Source: a virus (lineage: Duplodnaviria > Caudoviricetes). From it: a stretch of 64,000 nucleotides of DNA. The DNA is taken from the IMG/VR virus record IMGVR_UViG_3300027730_000005. One strand, 5' to 3'. Made by a program: the position numbers and the translations under genes. Positions 1 through 8,715 of the stretch are shown piece by piece (within the stretch, counting starts at the first letter, position 1; each line of letters begins with the position of its first letter). A model generated the notes under the pieces. That model was not told the DNA's origin. It saw only the letters and a list, made by a program, of their open reading frames with translations, and ran no database searches.

Positions 1-378
1 TATTCTACAGGCCATATTGCATTTGTTACTAAATGTAACAAACATAAGAAAGTTATCAATTTTTTTAGTTGTTAAAAATTTATTCAACTCTCGAGGACTT
101 AAAGAAGCTAACGCCCGTTGTCTACCGCTAAACTGATTGTTAGTTTCTTTTTTATGACATAAATGACAATTTTTATCAATCTTCCTTGATTCAATATGTT
201 GTTTGACTTCGGCGATAGGGTTATCACCAGCGGATCGATACCAGCAACAAGGATCTTGTTTAATCGAACTAAAGTGAACACCTAAATTAGAATATGGTAT
301 TACACATATATGTTGATTGTCCATTGACCATTGATTAAACTCCACGCTGTAGTCAAATGTTGTACTATGCGGAATCAT
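1..378 (-). CDS. Radical SAM protein with N-terminal SPASM/twitch-like Cys cluster (partial, runs off window start)
   Basis: Not in ORF track; hand translation from ATG 378 (abutting iscU stop, TAAATG): MIPHSTTF...HICVIPY...DPCCW...NCHLCHKKE...TFSNKCNMACRI, open to base 1; start of CxxxCxxC motif; same layout as 6573..7616. Confidence 0.8.
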   Translation of the reverse strand, partial: MIPHSTTFDYSVEFNQWSMDNQHICVIPYSNLGVHFSSIKQDPCCWYRSAGDNPIAEVKQHIESRKIDKNCHLCHKKETNNQFSGRQRALASLSPRELNKFLTTKKIDNFLMFVTFSNKCNMACRI

Positions 379-753
379 TTAATGCTTGCTCTTGTAATCA
401 ATTATTGCTGCTTTGATCGCATCTTCTGCAAGTATTGAACAATGAATTTTAACTGGGGGGAGGGCAAGCTCGCCAGCAATCTCGCTATTCGTAATCTCTG
501 CCGCTTGGGCAAGTGTCCGTCCTTTGACCCATTCAGTAACCAGCGAACTCGACGCAATCGCGCTTCCGCAACCATACGTTTTAAATCTTGCATCTGTGAT
601 AATTCCATCAGTTACTTTTATGCTCAATTGCAAAACATCACCGCAACTTGGTGCTCCAACGAGTCCTATCCCGACTCCCTCTTCGTCTTTTTTATAAGAT
701 CCAACATTTCTTGGATTATTATAATGATCGAGAACAGCTTCACTATACGCCAT
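379..753 (-). CDS. iscU: Fe-S cluster scaffold IscU
   Basis: YSEAVLDHYNNPRNVG, GAPSCGD, FKTYGCGSAIASSS, LPPVKIHCSILAEDA: three conserved Cys and LPPVK motif. Confidence 0.97.
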   Translation of the reverse strand: MAYSEAVLDHYNNPRNVGSYKKDEEGVGIGLVGAPSCGDVLQLSIKVTDGIITDARFKTYGCGSAIASSSLVTEWVKGRTLAQAAEITNSEIAGELALPPVKIHCSILAEDAIKAAIIDYKSKH

Positions 754-1339
754 ACTTATCTCCTATTATAGATTTTACTACATCGTCTGATTGAAAATAA
801 TCCCATTTGGATCTATTCTCTTCTCCTAGTATATACCTTAAATTTTTCCTTCCTCCAATTACGGTAGGATCTATACCTAATGTGTATCCTTGCCTGTAAG
901 GAATGATATGATCAAGTTGATAATCAGTTTTCCTTTTTCCAGTTATTTTAGCTGTTCCTTCTTTTTTCATAGCATACACAGTTCTATAAGTTGCTTTCTG
1001 GCATTCTCTTTTGTATGCAGTGAAATTATCATCTACATAGTTTTTAGGTCTGAGATTATTCAGTTTACCATTTTTGTTAGGATTATCAATTAACCACTTT
1101 TCTCGTTGTCTTTCATTTGGAATACCTTTGTTCCACCCATGTCCTTTAGCAAGCCCCGATGTGTTTTGTTTTGCTTTTTGGTCATCATTGAGTTTAACAC
1201 CCTTATTCCATGGAATGTGGCCTGGTCTGTTATGTGGATTTTTACACGGTTGAGAACAATATTCAAGTAACCGCGGCTTAGTAATAAATTTGTTACCGCA
1301 GAATAAACATATTTTTTGTATACCATACTTGTTTTTCAT
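743..1339 (-). CDS. HNH homing endonuclease with N-terminal Zn finger and WNKG (NUMOD-like) repeats
   Basis: CLFC...CSQPC; PWNKG/GWNKG; C-terminal LDHIIP...NLRYILGEEN. Confidence 0.75.
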   Translation of the reverse strand: MKNKYGIQKICLFCGNKFITKPRLLEYCSQPCKNPHNRPGHIPWNKGVKLNDDQKAKQNTSGLAKGHGWNKGIPNERQREKWLIDNPNKNGKLNNLRPKNYVDDNFTAYKRECQKATYRTVYAMKKEGTAKITGKRKTDYQLDHIIPYRQGYTLGIDPTVIGGRKNLRYILGEENRSKWDYFQSDDVVKSIIGDKYGV

Positions 1340-1376
1340 ACAAGTATTTATGATAGGCGCACCAGTCTGTGCAGGG

Positions 1377-1724
1377 TTAAACGCTGCGATCTTTTTTCAT
1401 TGCGGATTGTGCGGCTTGTGCTACAATATCTTGTGCTTGATTAACTGGCATGGTGACTGGTCCAGGCTTATCGCCACCTTTGAATATTAGTTCTGTAGCG
1501 TCGGGACTCATTGGCTCAATCAAACCACTCAATGGAGGTTGTCCAATTAAGGTTTGCAAAGTGTCGGGAGTGATATCTACGCCCATACTTTGTGCTCGAT
1601 TGATAAATGCCTGCACTGGCATTTGCATCTTGGCAGAAGTGTCTTGTGCTCTACCCACAGCAAACTTGGCCAAGGCCATGAGTTTGTCTGCGGTAGCATC
1701 TGCTTCTACTTCGTTGATTCGCAT
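1377..1724 (-). CDS. Hypothetical protein
   Basis: 115-aa ORF, start overlaps upstream stop; N-terminus MRINEV. Confidence 0.75.
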   Translation of the reverse strand: MRINEVEADATADKLMALAKFAVGRAQDTSAKMQMPVQAFINRAQSMGVDITPDTLQTLIGQPPLSGLIEPMSPDATELIFKGGDKPGPVTMPVNQAQDIVAQAAQSAMKKDRSV

Positions 1725-2623
1725 TATCTGCGCTCGCGTCCTAGTGCTGCGGCCGGTGCGGCTGCACCTGGTTCAACGGCTGCTATTTCAATTTCTTCTT
1801 CGCCTGGCGCAGGACCTGCTAGTCCCATATCTCCTTCTGGAGGGGACATACCTGCATCGGCTCCTGGCATTTCTACAGGACCTTGCCCAGTTACAACACC
1901 CAATGCTTGTTCTAGCTGTTGCTTGCTGCTTTGCAAATTCTGCACTAGACCACTCAATGCCGCTTGTGCATCACTGTTAAACTGTGCAGCTTGGTTAGCC
2001 CCAATTTGATTCTTGATCGAATCCACTAATGCTGGCAATTCTTTGAATTGCATCTCGGTGCTGTCTTCAATCATGTCTTGCAGTTTGTCAACCATATCTT
2101 GTGCGGCCAATACAACTTGAGCTTGTTGCACTTCACTTTCGCTGAGATAGTAACCGTAGCCTTGCGCACGTAATCGAAGTTTGGTTTCTTGTACCGAAGT
2201 AGTGGTGTTAATACTGTTGAGTTCGTTCTGCTTATCAGTTACTTGTTTTTTCAAATCGTCAAGTTCTTGTTGCACCTGCTTTTTTTGATCCATCTTTTGC
2301 TTCACAGCCATAGCAGCGGCCTGTTGAGGATTTACACCAGGAGCTGCTCCTGGTGCAGTAGTTGCGACCATTTCGGCTTCGTAGATCTTTTCAGCTAATG
2401 CTTGTTCCATCATCATGAGCTTGAGATAAGCTGGATTCTTTTGGCTGGTATGACGAGCAGAACTGCTGCGCACTTCACTTAACACACCTCGTACCTGGCG
2501 ATACATGTTATGCAGTTGTTTGCGATTCAAAGTATCAAAGTTGACCGATTGATCAAAATGACTTTCAAATACTTTAGAGATTTGTCGTGTAGGGCGTGTT
2601 ACGGCCAATTCGTTTAGTTTCAT
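1724..2623 (-). CDS. Hypothetical coiled-coil late protein (possible head/scaffold-associated)
   Basis: 299 aa, TAAATA at 2647-2652 plus GAGG SD; internal (I/V/L)xE motifs (IYEAE, VQET, LSESE). Confidence 0.75.
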   Translation of the reverse strand: MKLNELAVTRPTRQISKVFESHFDQSVNFDTLNRKQLHNMYRQVRGVLSEVRSSSARHTSQKNPAYLKLMMMEQALAEKIYEAEMVATTAPGAAPGVNPQQAAAMAVKQKMDQKKQVQQELDDLKKQVTDKQNELNSINTTTSVQETKLRLRAQGYGYYLSESEVQQAQVVLAAQDMVDKLQDMIEDSTEMQFKELPALVDSIKNQIGANQAAQFNSDAQAALSGLVQNLQSSKQQLEQALGVVTGQGPVEMPGADAGMSPPEGDMGLAGPAPGEEEIEIAAVEPGAAAPAAALGRERR

Positions 2624-3065
2624 TTGAGTTTCCTCGTAGTTGCCAGTATTTAGCCAAATTTATACATTTTGCTAGTTCTTTTTCTAGGACCTGAGTATAT
2701 TCTTGCCTAGCACTTGTTTTATTAATCAAGTTTTCCCATGTGTTTCCGGCTGTGCGATCAGCCAATGCACGACGTACATATATGTCATTGCGCAATCTAA
2801 CGACAGATTGATCTAATTCTTTTATTTGTCTAGCCAAGTTGAAATGATGTAGATTATCTGCTATGCACCAAGCCAATGCAGATTTGGTAGCAGAAAATGT
2901 GCCAATCTCATCATCACGCTGACAAACTTGAAATCCTGCAGGTACAGGGTATATGGTGTATTTGCCAAATACTCGATACTTCTTGCCATCTTCTATAATT
3001 ACTTTGTTTAAAAGCAGCGGCAACTCTTGTTCTGCTAATGCAGCCAATTTACGACTGGCTTTCAT
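2574..3065 (-). CDS. Hypothetical protein
   Basis: Track ORF 2574..3134; more likely start is ATG 3065 (MKASRKL), an ATGA overlap with the upstream stop. Confidence 0.7.
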   Translation of the reverse strand: MKASRKLAALAEQELPLLLNKVIIEDGKKYRVFGKYTIYPVPAGFQVCQRDDEIGTFSATKSALAWCIADNLHHFNLARQIKELDQSVVRLRNDIYVRRALADRTAGNTWENLINKTSARQEYTQVLEKELAKCINLAKYWQLRGNSNETKRIGRNTPYTTNL

Positions 3066-3322
3066 TTGAATACGTAGTTTGTTAGCATCCAACCCACAGT
3101 GGCCACAAGGAATCCAATTATAGCTATTCCCCACCCAACGAGTTGATCATTACGTTTGGCTGACATGGTATGCACCATTTCATGCACTGACTCTACCATG
3201 ACTTTTACCGATTCGATTCCTGATTCAACAGTTTGAATTTTGAGTTCTAGCATGCGATAACGTTCGGCACAAAGCTCAACGTGCGCCTCTAAACTTTTCT
3301 TCTCGATGTCTGTGGTGTCCAT
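3062..3322 (-). CDS. Coiled-coil protein with single C-terminal TM helix (XhlA/holin-like)
   Basis: Heptad-rich N-terminus then LVGWGIAIIGFLVATVGWML; TAAATA 4 nt before ATG. Confidence 0.6.
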   Translation of the reverse strand: MDTTDIEKKSLEAHVELCAERYRMLELKIQTVESGIESVKVMVESVHEMVHTMSAKRNDQLVGWGIAIIGFLVATVGWMLTNYVFK

Positions 3323-3325
3323 GAG

Positions 3326-3736
3326 TTATTTATGGTTCAACGGTTCAAACCAGATGTTAACATCTGGACGTAGTAATGTAGTCAATTGTTGCTCAACATA
3401 GTTAATGATAGGTACACCATCGCAGGCTTGTCGTAATCTTCCCACAGGATCATTTTCCACTGCAAACACATCATCAAATTCTGTATCAAACTCAAATTGC
3501 CAACGTTGGTCTTTGATTCTCACACGAGACACTCGTACTGGTTGTGTGTAAAGACCAATCAACTGCATGATAGTTTCCCAGTTGCGTTGTTGGTTACGAC
3601 TGCGAACCCATGTGGATACGTCAGTTACTTGCTGCCCCAGCTGATCCGTAAACGGCAGCAAATTTTCTCTTAGATGTCCGGTAACTCCAGTGGGTCTGCA
3701 ATCAAAGTCAGTGGTTATTTGTATACTCAATGTCAT
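3326..3736 (-). CDS. Hypothetical protein
   Basis: 136-aa ORF with TAAATA 4 nt upstream. Confidence 0.75.
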   Translation of the reverse strand: MTLSIQITTDFDCRPTGVTGHLRENLLPFTDQLGQQVTDVSTWVRSRNQQRNWETIMQLIGLYTQPVRVSRVRIKDQRWQFEFDTEFDDVFAVENDPVGRLRQACDGVPIINYVEQQLTTLLRPDVNIWFEPLNHK

Positions 3737-3751
3737 ATGGTATTTACGACC

Positions 3752-3780
3752 AAAAAAAAGCCCTGGAAATAAACCAGGGC
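3752..3780 (-). terminator. Rho-independent terminator
   Basis: GCCCTGG/CCAGGGC stem followed by T8 on minus strand, downstream of 3805..4236. Confidence 0.85.
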
Positions 3781-3804
3781 CTTGATTTTTGCTACCGCTT
3801 AGAA

Positions 3805-4236
3805 TTAAGTCGGAGCAAAGTTGGTTGCGCTTGTGACAAACACAGCATTACCTGCGCATGAGCTCAATTCCAGGTTCTGACCACCTGAAGCCACAGTAGC
3901 ACTGGTATTAGCAGTAGCTAGCAATGTGACGTTGGTGTAAGCACCTGTGGGATACACAGCCAAGTTCAACACTGTAGGTGCTGCTGGGCTAACTTGATAC
4001 ATGGCCACTGTGGCTTTGGTCTGAATAGCTTGCATCAGGTTGTTGATGTAGCCATTGACGTTACCGGATGTGGTCAATGAACCATTGGCTACCAAGCTGA
4101 AAAAGTCCAGCTTAGGGCCTTGGAAGTTAACTGAGCCTGTGGCTGCAATGTTAGCTGTACCTTGAATGTTACCATTCGCAGTGTCCATGTGGAATACTGG
4201 TTGTGTAGTTCCGTTTACTCTTGTAAATACTGCCAT
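3805..4236 (-). CDS. Small Ala/Thr/Asn-rich probable virion protein
   Basis: Own late box (4275-4280), AGGAG SD and terminator; beta-rich composition. Confidence 0.65.
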   Translation of the reverse strand: MAVFTRVNGTTQPVFHMDTANGNIQGTANIAATGSVNFQGPKLDFFSLVANGSLTTSGNVNGYINNLMQAIQTKATVAMYQVSPAAPTVLNLAVYPTGAYTNVTLLATANTSATVASGGQNLELSSCAGNAVFVTSATNFAPT

Positions 4237-4296
4237 TTTAAAATCTCCTAGTTAGTGGGTTTTTGCCCTACACTTATTTATGAATTTGGCAAAAAA

Positions 4297-6273
4297 TTAG
4301 GCAGTTGGCGGATTGTTTCTGGCTTTATTTCGAGCAGTAAAATCAAACCTATTCACTGCTTTGCCATAGCCTGCAGGGGTAGCAAATACCCATCCTTCGT
4401 TGCCGGGCACTTGCGTATCCAGCTGCGACAACAGATCTAGTTTTAAATCATGCAATAGTTCAAACAACAAGAATGCAGCAGCCAAGGCCTGTTCATTTGA
4501 AGTAGGGCTACGCAGGTATTGTGCAATGTTGTTTACTTTCTGCGGAGTTTGAGTTTGTTGTAACCATGATAAAAATCCTGGAACTAGATCACTGAAATCA
4601 CCAGTATACGCAGCATGATTTGGATCCACACGTTTGTTAATATAATCCACTGCCAATTTGGCCAAGTCGGTTATTTTCATAGCACGTAGTTCAGTGGGAT
4701 TAAACAACGTATCCAATACTGCACGATTCTGACGTAACAGTGTTTTGATCTGTTTGACTATGGCATCGTTCTTTGGTACAGGTTTGGCGTAGATAGGTTC
4801 AATCAGCAACAATCCTGGCACAGGATTAAACTTGACTCTACTGAGTGGTTGTTTGGACGCACCTGCATCTTCATACATGGTATGTACTGCCACACCCACA
4901 TCGCTGTTGGCAATTTGCTGTCCTAGCTTGCTACCAGCAGGAATACGATACTGTACTGTGTTAGGTTGGAATACTAAATTTCCAGCCTCCACAGGCGGGG
5001 TTTGTGTGTATAACAGATCACCTTTGACAAAACCACGAAAGTTGGTAGGGGTAGCTGCTTCAAGATATGGCCAAATAGTTTGATATACTGGTAGTAATGT
5101 GTTTACTCTAGTGGCTGCATTACCTTTGGCTGCTGCATTGGCATCTCTGCGAGCCATATCGTCAGCGATGGCATCCGGACTGGTAAACAATCCGTCATAT
5201 CCGGCGGCAGTGAATCCTGCATCATCTGTAAGCACAAACTCGCCGGTCTCGGGCTTTCTACCAAATACCACAGCAGGTTTACCGTCCCATTTTACTGATC
5301 CAGTTTTGGAATTTTCATAGAATGAATCTGCAATAGCCAATGCTCGATCCACACCCGCAGTGCCCTGGCGGAACACATAGTCTTCTAGGTGTTCAATACC
5401 CTTGGCTTTGCCGCCGATTGCAGCAGGTTCTTGCTCGTACAGTTGATATATTTTCTTGGTTTCAATCAACGGCATCATGCCTTGATTTACAATTCTATCA
5501 CGTAGTCTTGCCAAAAAGTTAACATCATTTTCCTTGACTGTGGTAGTAGGCTCCTGAAGTTCTTCACGTGCCAGATATTCGCGGAAGTCTGCTAGCTTGG
5601 TATCTCGTGAAGGGTCTTGTGCCAATGCAGCATAAATGGATTCTACATTCTTTAGATTCTCACGGTCGGCACCTTGCCCTAGCAGCACACTTGCCACGTA
5701 GTCAGGATCCATACCACCATCCACTAGCTGATTTGTGGTGCGAGAGAACATACCATTGGCACCCACTTTGAGTCCCAGTTGCTTGGCTATGCTGCTCATT
5801 AGCACATTGCGGTTCATTCCTTTGTATGCAGAATCTGTGCCGCCAGCATAAAAGAATTGGCCCCAATCCAAATTAGGGAAAAACATAAAATCTGTTTGTA
5901 CAAAGCCTTTGTTGGAATCGCCTGCAATAGGTGTTCGCAAGTGTACTTCGCCGCCCTTTTTGACCCACTCTCTAGGATCAAGTTCTTGACTCTGCACAAA
6001 CTGTGTGAGAATAGCAGCCAATTGTTCTTTGCTGATCTCATTGAGATCCACAGCTAGATCCAAATCGCCTGATGTGGGCTTTTTACCTGTGCTGCCCAAC
6101 CAACGTAGTGGTATGCCATCTGACCCTTTTTCTGTAGTAAAGTCTATACCGGTGACTTGTTCGATCCAATCAATTGTGGCTGGCACATCTTGCAGATTGA
6201 TACGTTGGGTTAATGACTCACCCGATTTGGTTTTGAATACGTTGCCACCTTCAAGTAGCTGTTTAATTTGCAT
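4297..6273 (-). CDS. PolX/pol-beta-like nucleotidyltransferase fused to an ATP-dependent ligase-fold (KxDG) domain
   Basis: LGSTG...GDLDLAVD (G60,S61,D70,D72), VQTDFM (D128); C-half KWDG (K328), VKGDLLY, EGWVF...GKAVNR resembling ligase motifs I, III, IV, V. Confidence 0.7.
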   Translation of the reverse strand: MQIKQLLEGGNVFKTKSGESLTQRINLQDVPATIDWIEQVTGIDFTTEKGSDGIPLRWLGSTGKKPTSGDLDLAVDLNEISKEQLAAILTQFVQSQELDPREWVKKGGEVHLRTPIAGDSNKGFVQTDFMFFPNLDWGQFFYAGGTDSAYKGMNRNVLMSSIAKQLGLKVGANGMFSRTTNQLVDGGMDPDYVASVLLGQGADRENLKNVESIYAALAQDPSRDTKLADFREYLAREELQEPTTTVKENDVNFLARLRDRIVNQGMMPLIETKKIYQLYEQEPAAIGGKAKGIEHLEDYVFRQGTAGVDRALAIADSFYENSKTGSVKWDGKPAVVFGRKPETGEFVLTDDAGFTAAGYDGLFTSPDAIADDMARRDANAAAKGNAATRVNTLLPVYQTIWPYLEAATPTNFRGFVKGDLLYTQTPPVEAGNLVFQPNTVQYRIPAGSKLGQQIANSDVGVAVHTMYEDAGASKQPLSRVKFNPVPGLLLIEPIYAKPVPKNDAIVKQIKTLLRQNRAVLDTLFNPTELRAMKITDLAKLAVDYINKRVDPNHAAYTGDFSDLVPGFLSWLQQTQTPQKVNNIAQYLRSPTSNEQALAAAFLLFELLHDLKLDLLSQLDTQVPGNEGWVFATPAGYGKAVNRFDFTARNKARNNPPTA

Positions 6274-6508
6274 TGCTGCGCCTCACTGTTCTTGCAAACT
6301 TACTTGTATCACGAGTACGGATAGCATTGAGTAATTTGCGTGTTAAATTTTCTGCTTGTTCCTGTGTGTACGAAGCATCAATCTGTTCTAATAGATTGAT
6401 TGCACCGGCAATGATATTTGCAGCACGACTCTCTATCACTAGGTCGCGTTCACGCTCAATGTACATAGAATCTAATTCTTCTAATAGACTACGAGTTCGT
6501 TTCTGCAT
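6263..6508 (-). CDS. Hypothetical protein
   Basis: 81-aa helical ORF overlapping start of 4297..6273; TAAATA upstream. Confidence 0.7.
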   Translation of the reverse strand: MQKRTRSLLEELDSMYIERERDLVIESRAANIIAGAINLLEQIDASYTQEQAENLTRKLLNAIRTRDTSKFARTVRRSNAN

Positions 6509-6572
6509 ATGGATAAAGGCCTTTGGATTATTTATTTAAATTTGCACATACAACTTATTAATTAAATACCTG

Positions 6573-7616
6573 ATGAACAACTACTTTTGCGTTTTACCTT
6601 GGTACAGTCAAGAACTAGGATCTCAAAATAGTCCATGTTGCCTATTGCCGGACAAATACAATATTAATCAAATAAAACAAGATTTGCTCAATAACATTCC
6701 ATCTGTAGATTGTAAAAAATGTTGGGATATAGAATCCACTGGAAACAAAAGTCGCCGTCAATTTGAGAATGAATTTTTAGACTATAAATTGGATAGAGAT
6801 TTAGATAAGATTCAACAAGATTGTGCAGACTTAAAACATCAAACTTTACTTTATCAAATAACCACTAGTAATCTGTGTAATCAGGCATGTGTGAGCTGTG
6901 ATAGCAGCTTATCAACTAAATGGGCGCAGATTGAAAAACGCATGGACATAATTCCTAAATCTCAATATCAAATTGAATTAGATCCAACAATTATCAATTA
7001 CAGTTCAGCAAAACGAATTTCTTTGCTGGGCGGCGAACCGTTATTTGACCCTAAGACTTTTAAAATATTACAAAACTTAATTGACCACAATAACACTAAT
7101 TGTTTTATATCATTGATCACCAATGGCAGTATACATCTAAACATACAACAAATTGACTTACTGAAGCAGTTTAATGATTTGAATATTTGTATCAGCATTG
7201 ATGGCATTGGTACTGTATTTGAATACATGAGATGGCCCGGAAAGTGGAATAACCTACTAGAAAATATTAAACAGTACAAAAACATAGCAAAAAATATCAG
7301 TGTAAGCTACACAATTAGTTCATTGAATGCTATGTACTATAACGAAACTGTTGAGTGGTTTCAACAGAATAATCTAACATACAATCACAATGTTGTTTCA
7401 TCTCCAGAATGGCTATCACTAGCAAACATGCCAACCATACTAAAACAACACTTAACTCAACAAGATAATTTTATCAAAATGTATTGTAAGCCCAATGGAT
7501 GTGAGATAGATTTAAAAATCCTAACACAAAATATTGTTAAACAAGACCATGCAAAAAAAATAAACATCAAAGACTATATGCCTGAACTAGCTGCTGTTAT
7601 TTTTGATACTGTATAA
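6573..7616 (+). CDS. Radical SAM protein with N-terminal SPASM/twitch-like cluster
   Basis: CVLPW...PCC...CKKCW; CNQACVSC; GGEPL; ITNGS; ISIDG; EYMRWPGKW. Confidence 0.9.
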   Translation: MNNYFCVLPWYSQELGSQNSPCCLLPDKYNINQIKQDLLNNIPSVDCKKCWDIESTGNKSRRQFENEFLDYKLDRDLDKIQQDCADLKHQTLLYQITTSNLCNQACVSCDSSLSTKWAQIEKRMDIIPKSQYQIELDPTIINYSSAKRISLLGGEPLFDPKTFKILQNLIDHNNTNCFISLITNGSIHLNIQQIDLLKQFNDLNICISIDGIGTVFEYMRWPGKWNNLLENIKQYKNIAKNISVSYTISSLNAMYYNETVEWFQQNNLTYNHNVVSSPEWLSLANMPTILKQHLTQQDNFIKMYCKPNGCEIDLKILTQNIVKQDHAKKINIKDYMPELAAVIFDTV

Positions 7617-8715
7617 ATTCAGCAACTTCAGGGAATACTGCTGTCATGTTTAAGTTTCTGCGATGATCATTTTTTTGTAACTCTTCCAGTACTCTTGTTA
7701 AATTGTATTGTTGTGATCCTAGAATTTTCAATTGTTGTATCCAAGGTTGGCAGTAATTGGATTGAGATTTAAAATACTCAATCATTGCATTGGGCATGGA
7801 CTCTAGTCCGATGGACTCTAGTCCGTAAATTCCAAATGCTTGATGTGTGTATATTTCTATATCGTCACCAAATACAGATTTTGAAAAGTTTTGTTCATGC
7901 CAGTTGTACACATTATTAAGACTTAAAACATTTAAAATGCTAGCAGTCACAGTCAATGACAACATGCTGTTGTGAGGTAAATTTTTCTGCCACCACAATA
8001 AATTTTCTTCAACTTTATCCCATTTAGCTGGATATCGCAAATACTCAAATTGATTACCAATCTCGTCGATACTGAAACTTATTCGAGCAAACTTAAATTT
8101 TTCAATAAGTTCTTTTGTTGATTGATCTATGCGTTGGGTACCATTAGTGTTGTACATTAATTTGATTTGGCTAACATCTGTATGATCAACTAGGTGTTGT
8201 AATATTTGTTTATGAGTTAATGTTAAAAATGGCTCGCCTCCCCACATACGAAGTTCTCGCAAATTTGAAAGATCGAGAGCCTGCAATTTTGTTTTTATAA
8301 AATTGTCAATGTTAGGCCTAACATTGAGGCCTTTTATCCCAAGTTCTTTTCTCCAGGTGGTACTTAGCTCCGGGCCGCATGTTACACAAGCCAAATTACA
8401 AGTATAGTCAATATTAACGTCAAGGTATTGAATGCCTGGATCATGTGTTTCTGCACCATGGGTTTCAAGGTAACCTACCCGCATGCTTTTTTTATTTGTC
8501 TCTTCTTGAGCAATACATTTAGAACAAAAAGATTTTGGCAAAATATTTTGTTGATTTTTAACACGCAGTTGGATTAGATCTGGGTGAAAAAAATCAACAT
8601 GATCCGAAGTTTGAATTAACTGGTTTGCCCAACAACATGCCGAGTATGATACTGATTGTTTGTCAATTTTGGCTAGCATAAGCCCATGATGTATCCTAGG
8701 GCAGTATTTGCTCAT
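7597..8715 (-). CDS. Radical SAM protein with N-terminal SPASM/twitch-like cluster
   Basis: CPRI...ACC...CSKC; CNLACVTC; GGEPF; NTNGT; SID; EYLRYPAKW. Confidence 0.9.
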   Translation of the reverse strand: MSKYCPRIHHGLMLAKIDKQSVSYSACCWANQLIQTSDHVDFFHPDLIQLRVKNQQNILPKSFCSKCIAQEETNKKSMRVGYLETHGAETHDPGIQYLDVNIDYTCNLACVTCGPELSTTWRKELGIKGLNVRPNIDNFIKTKLQALDLSNLRELRMWGGEPFLTLTHKQILQHLVDHTDVSQIKLMYNTNGTQRIDQSTKELIEKFKFARISFSIDEIGNQFEYLRYPAKWDKVEENLLWWQKNLPHNSMLSLTVTASILNVLSLNNVYNWHEQNFSKSVFGDDIEIYTHQAFGIYGLESIGLESMPNAMIEYFKSQSNYCQPWIQQLKILGSQQYNLTRVLEELQKNDHRRNLNMTAVFPEVAEFIQYQK

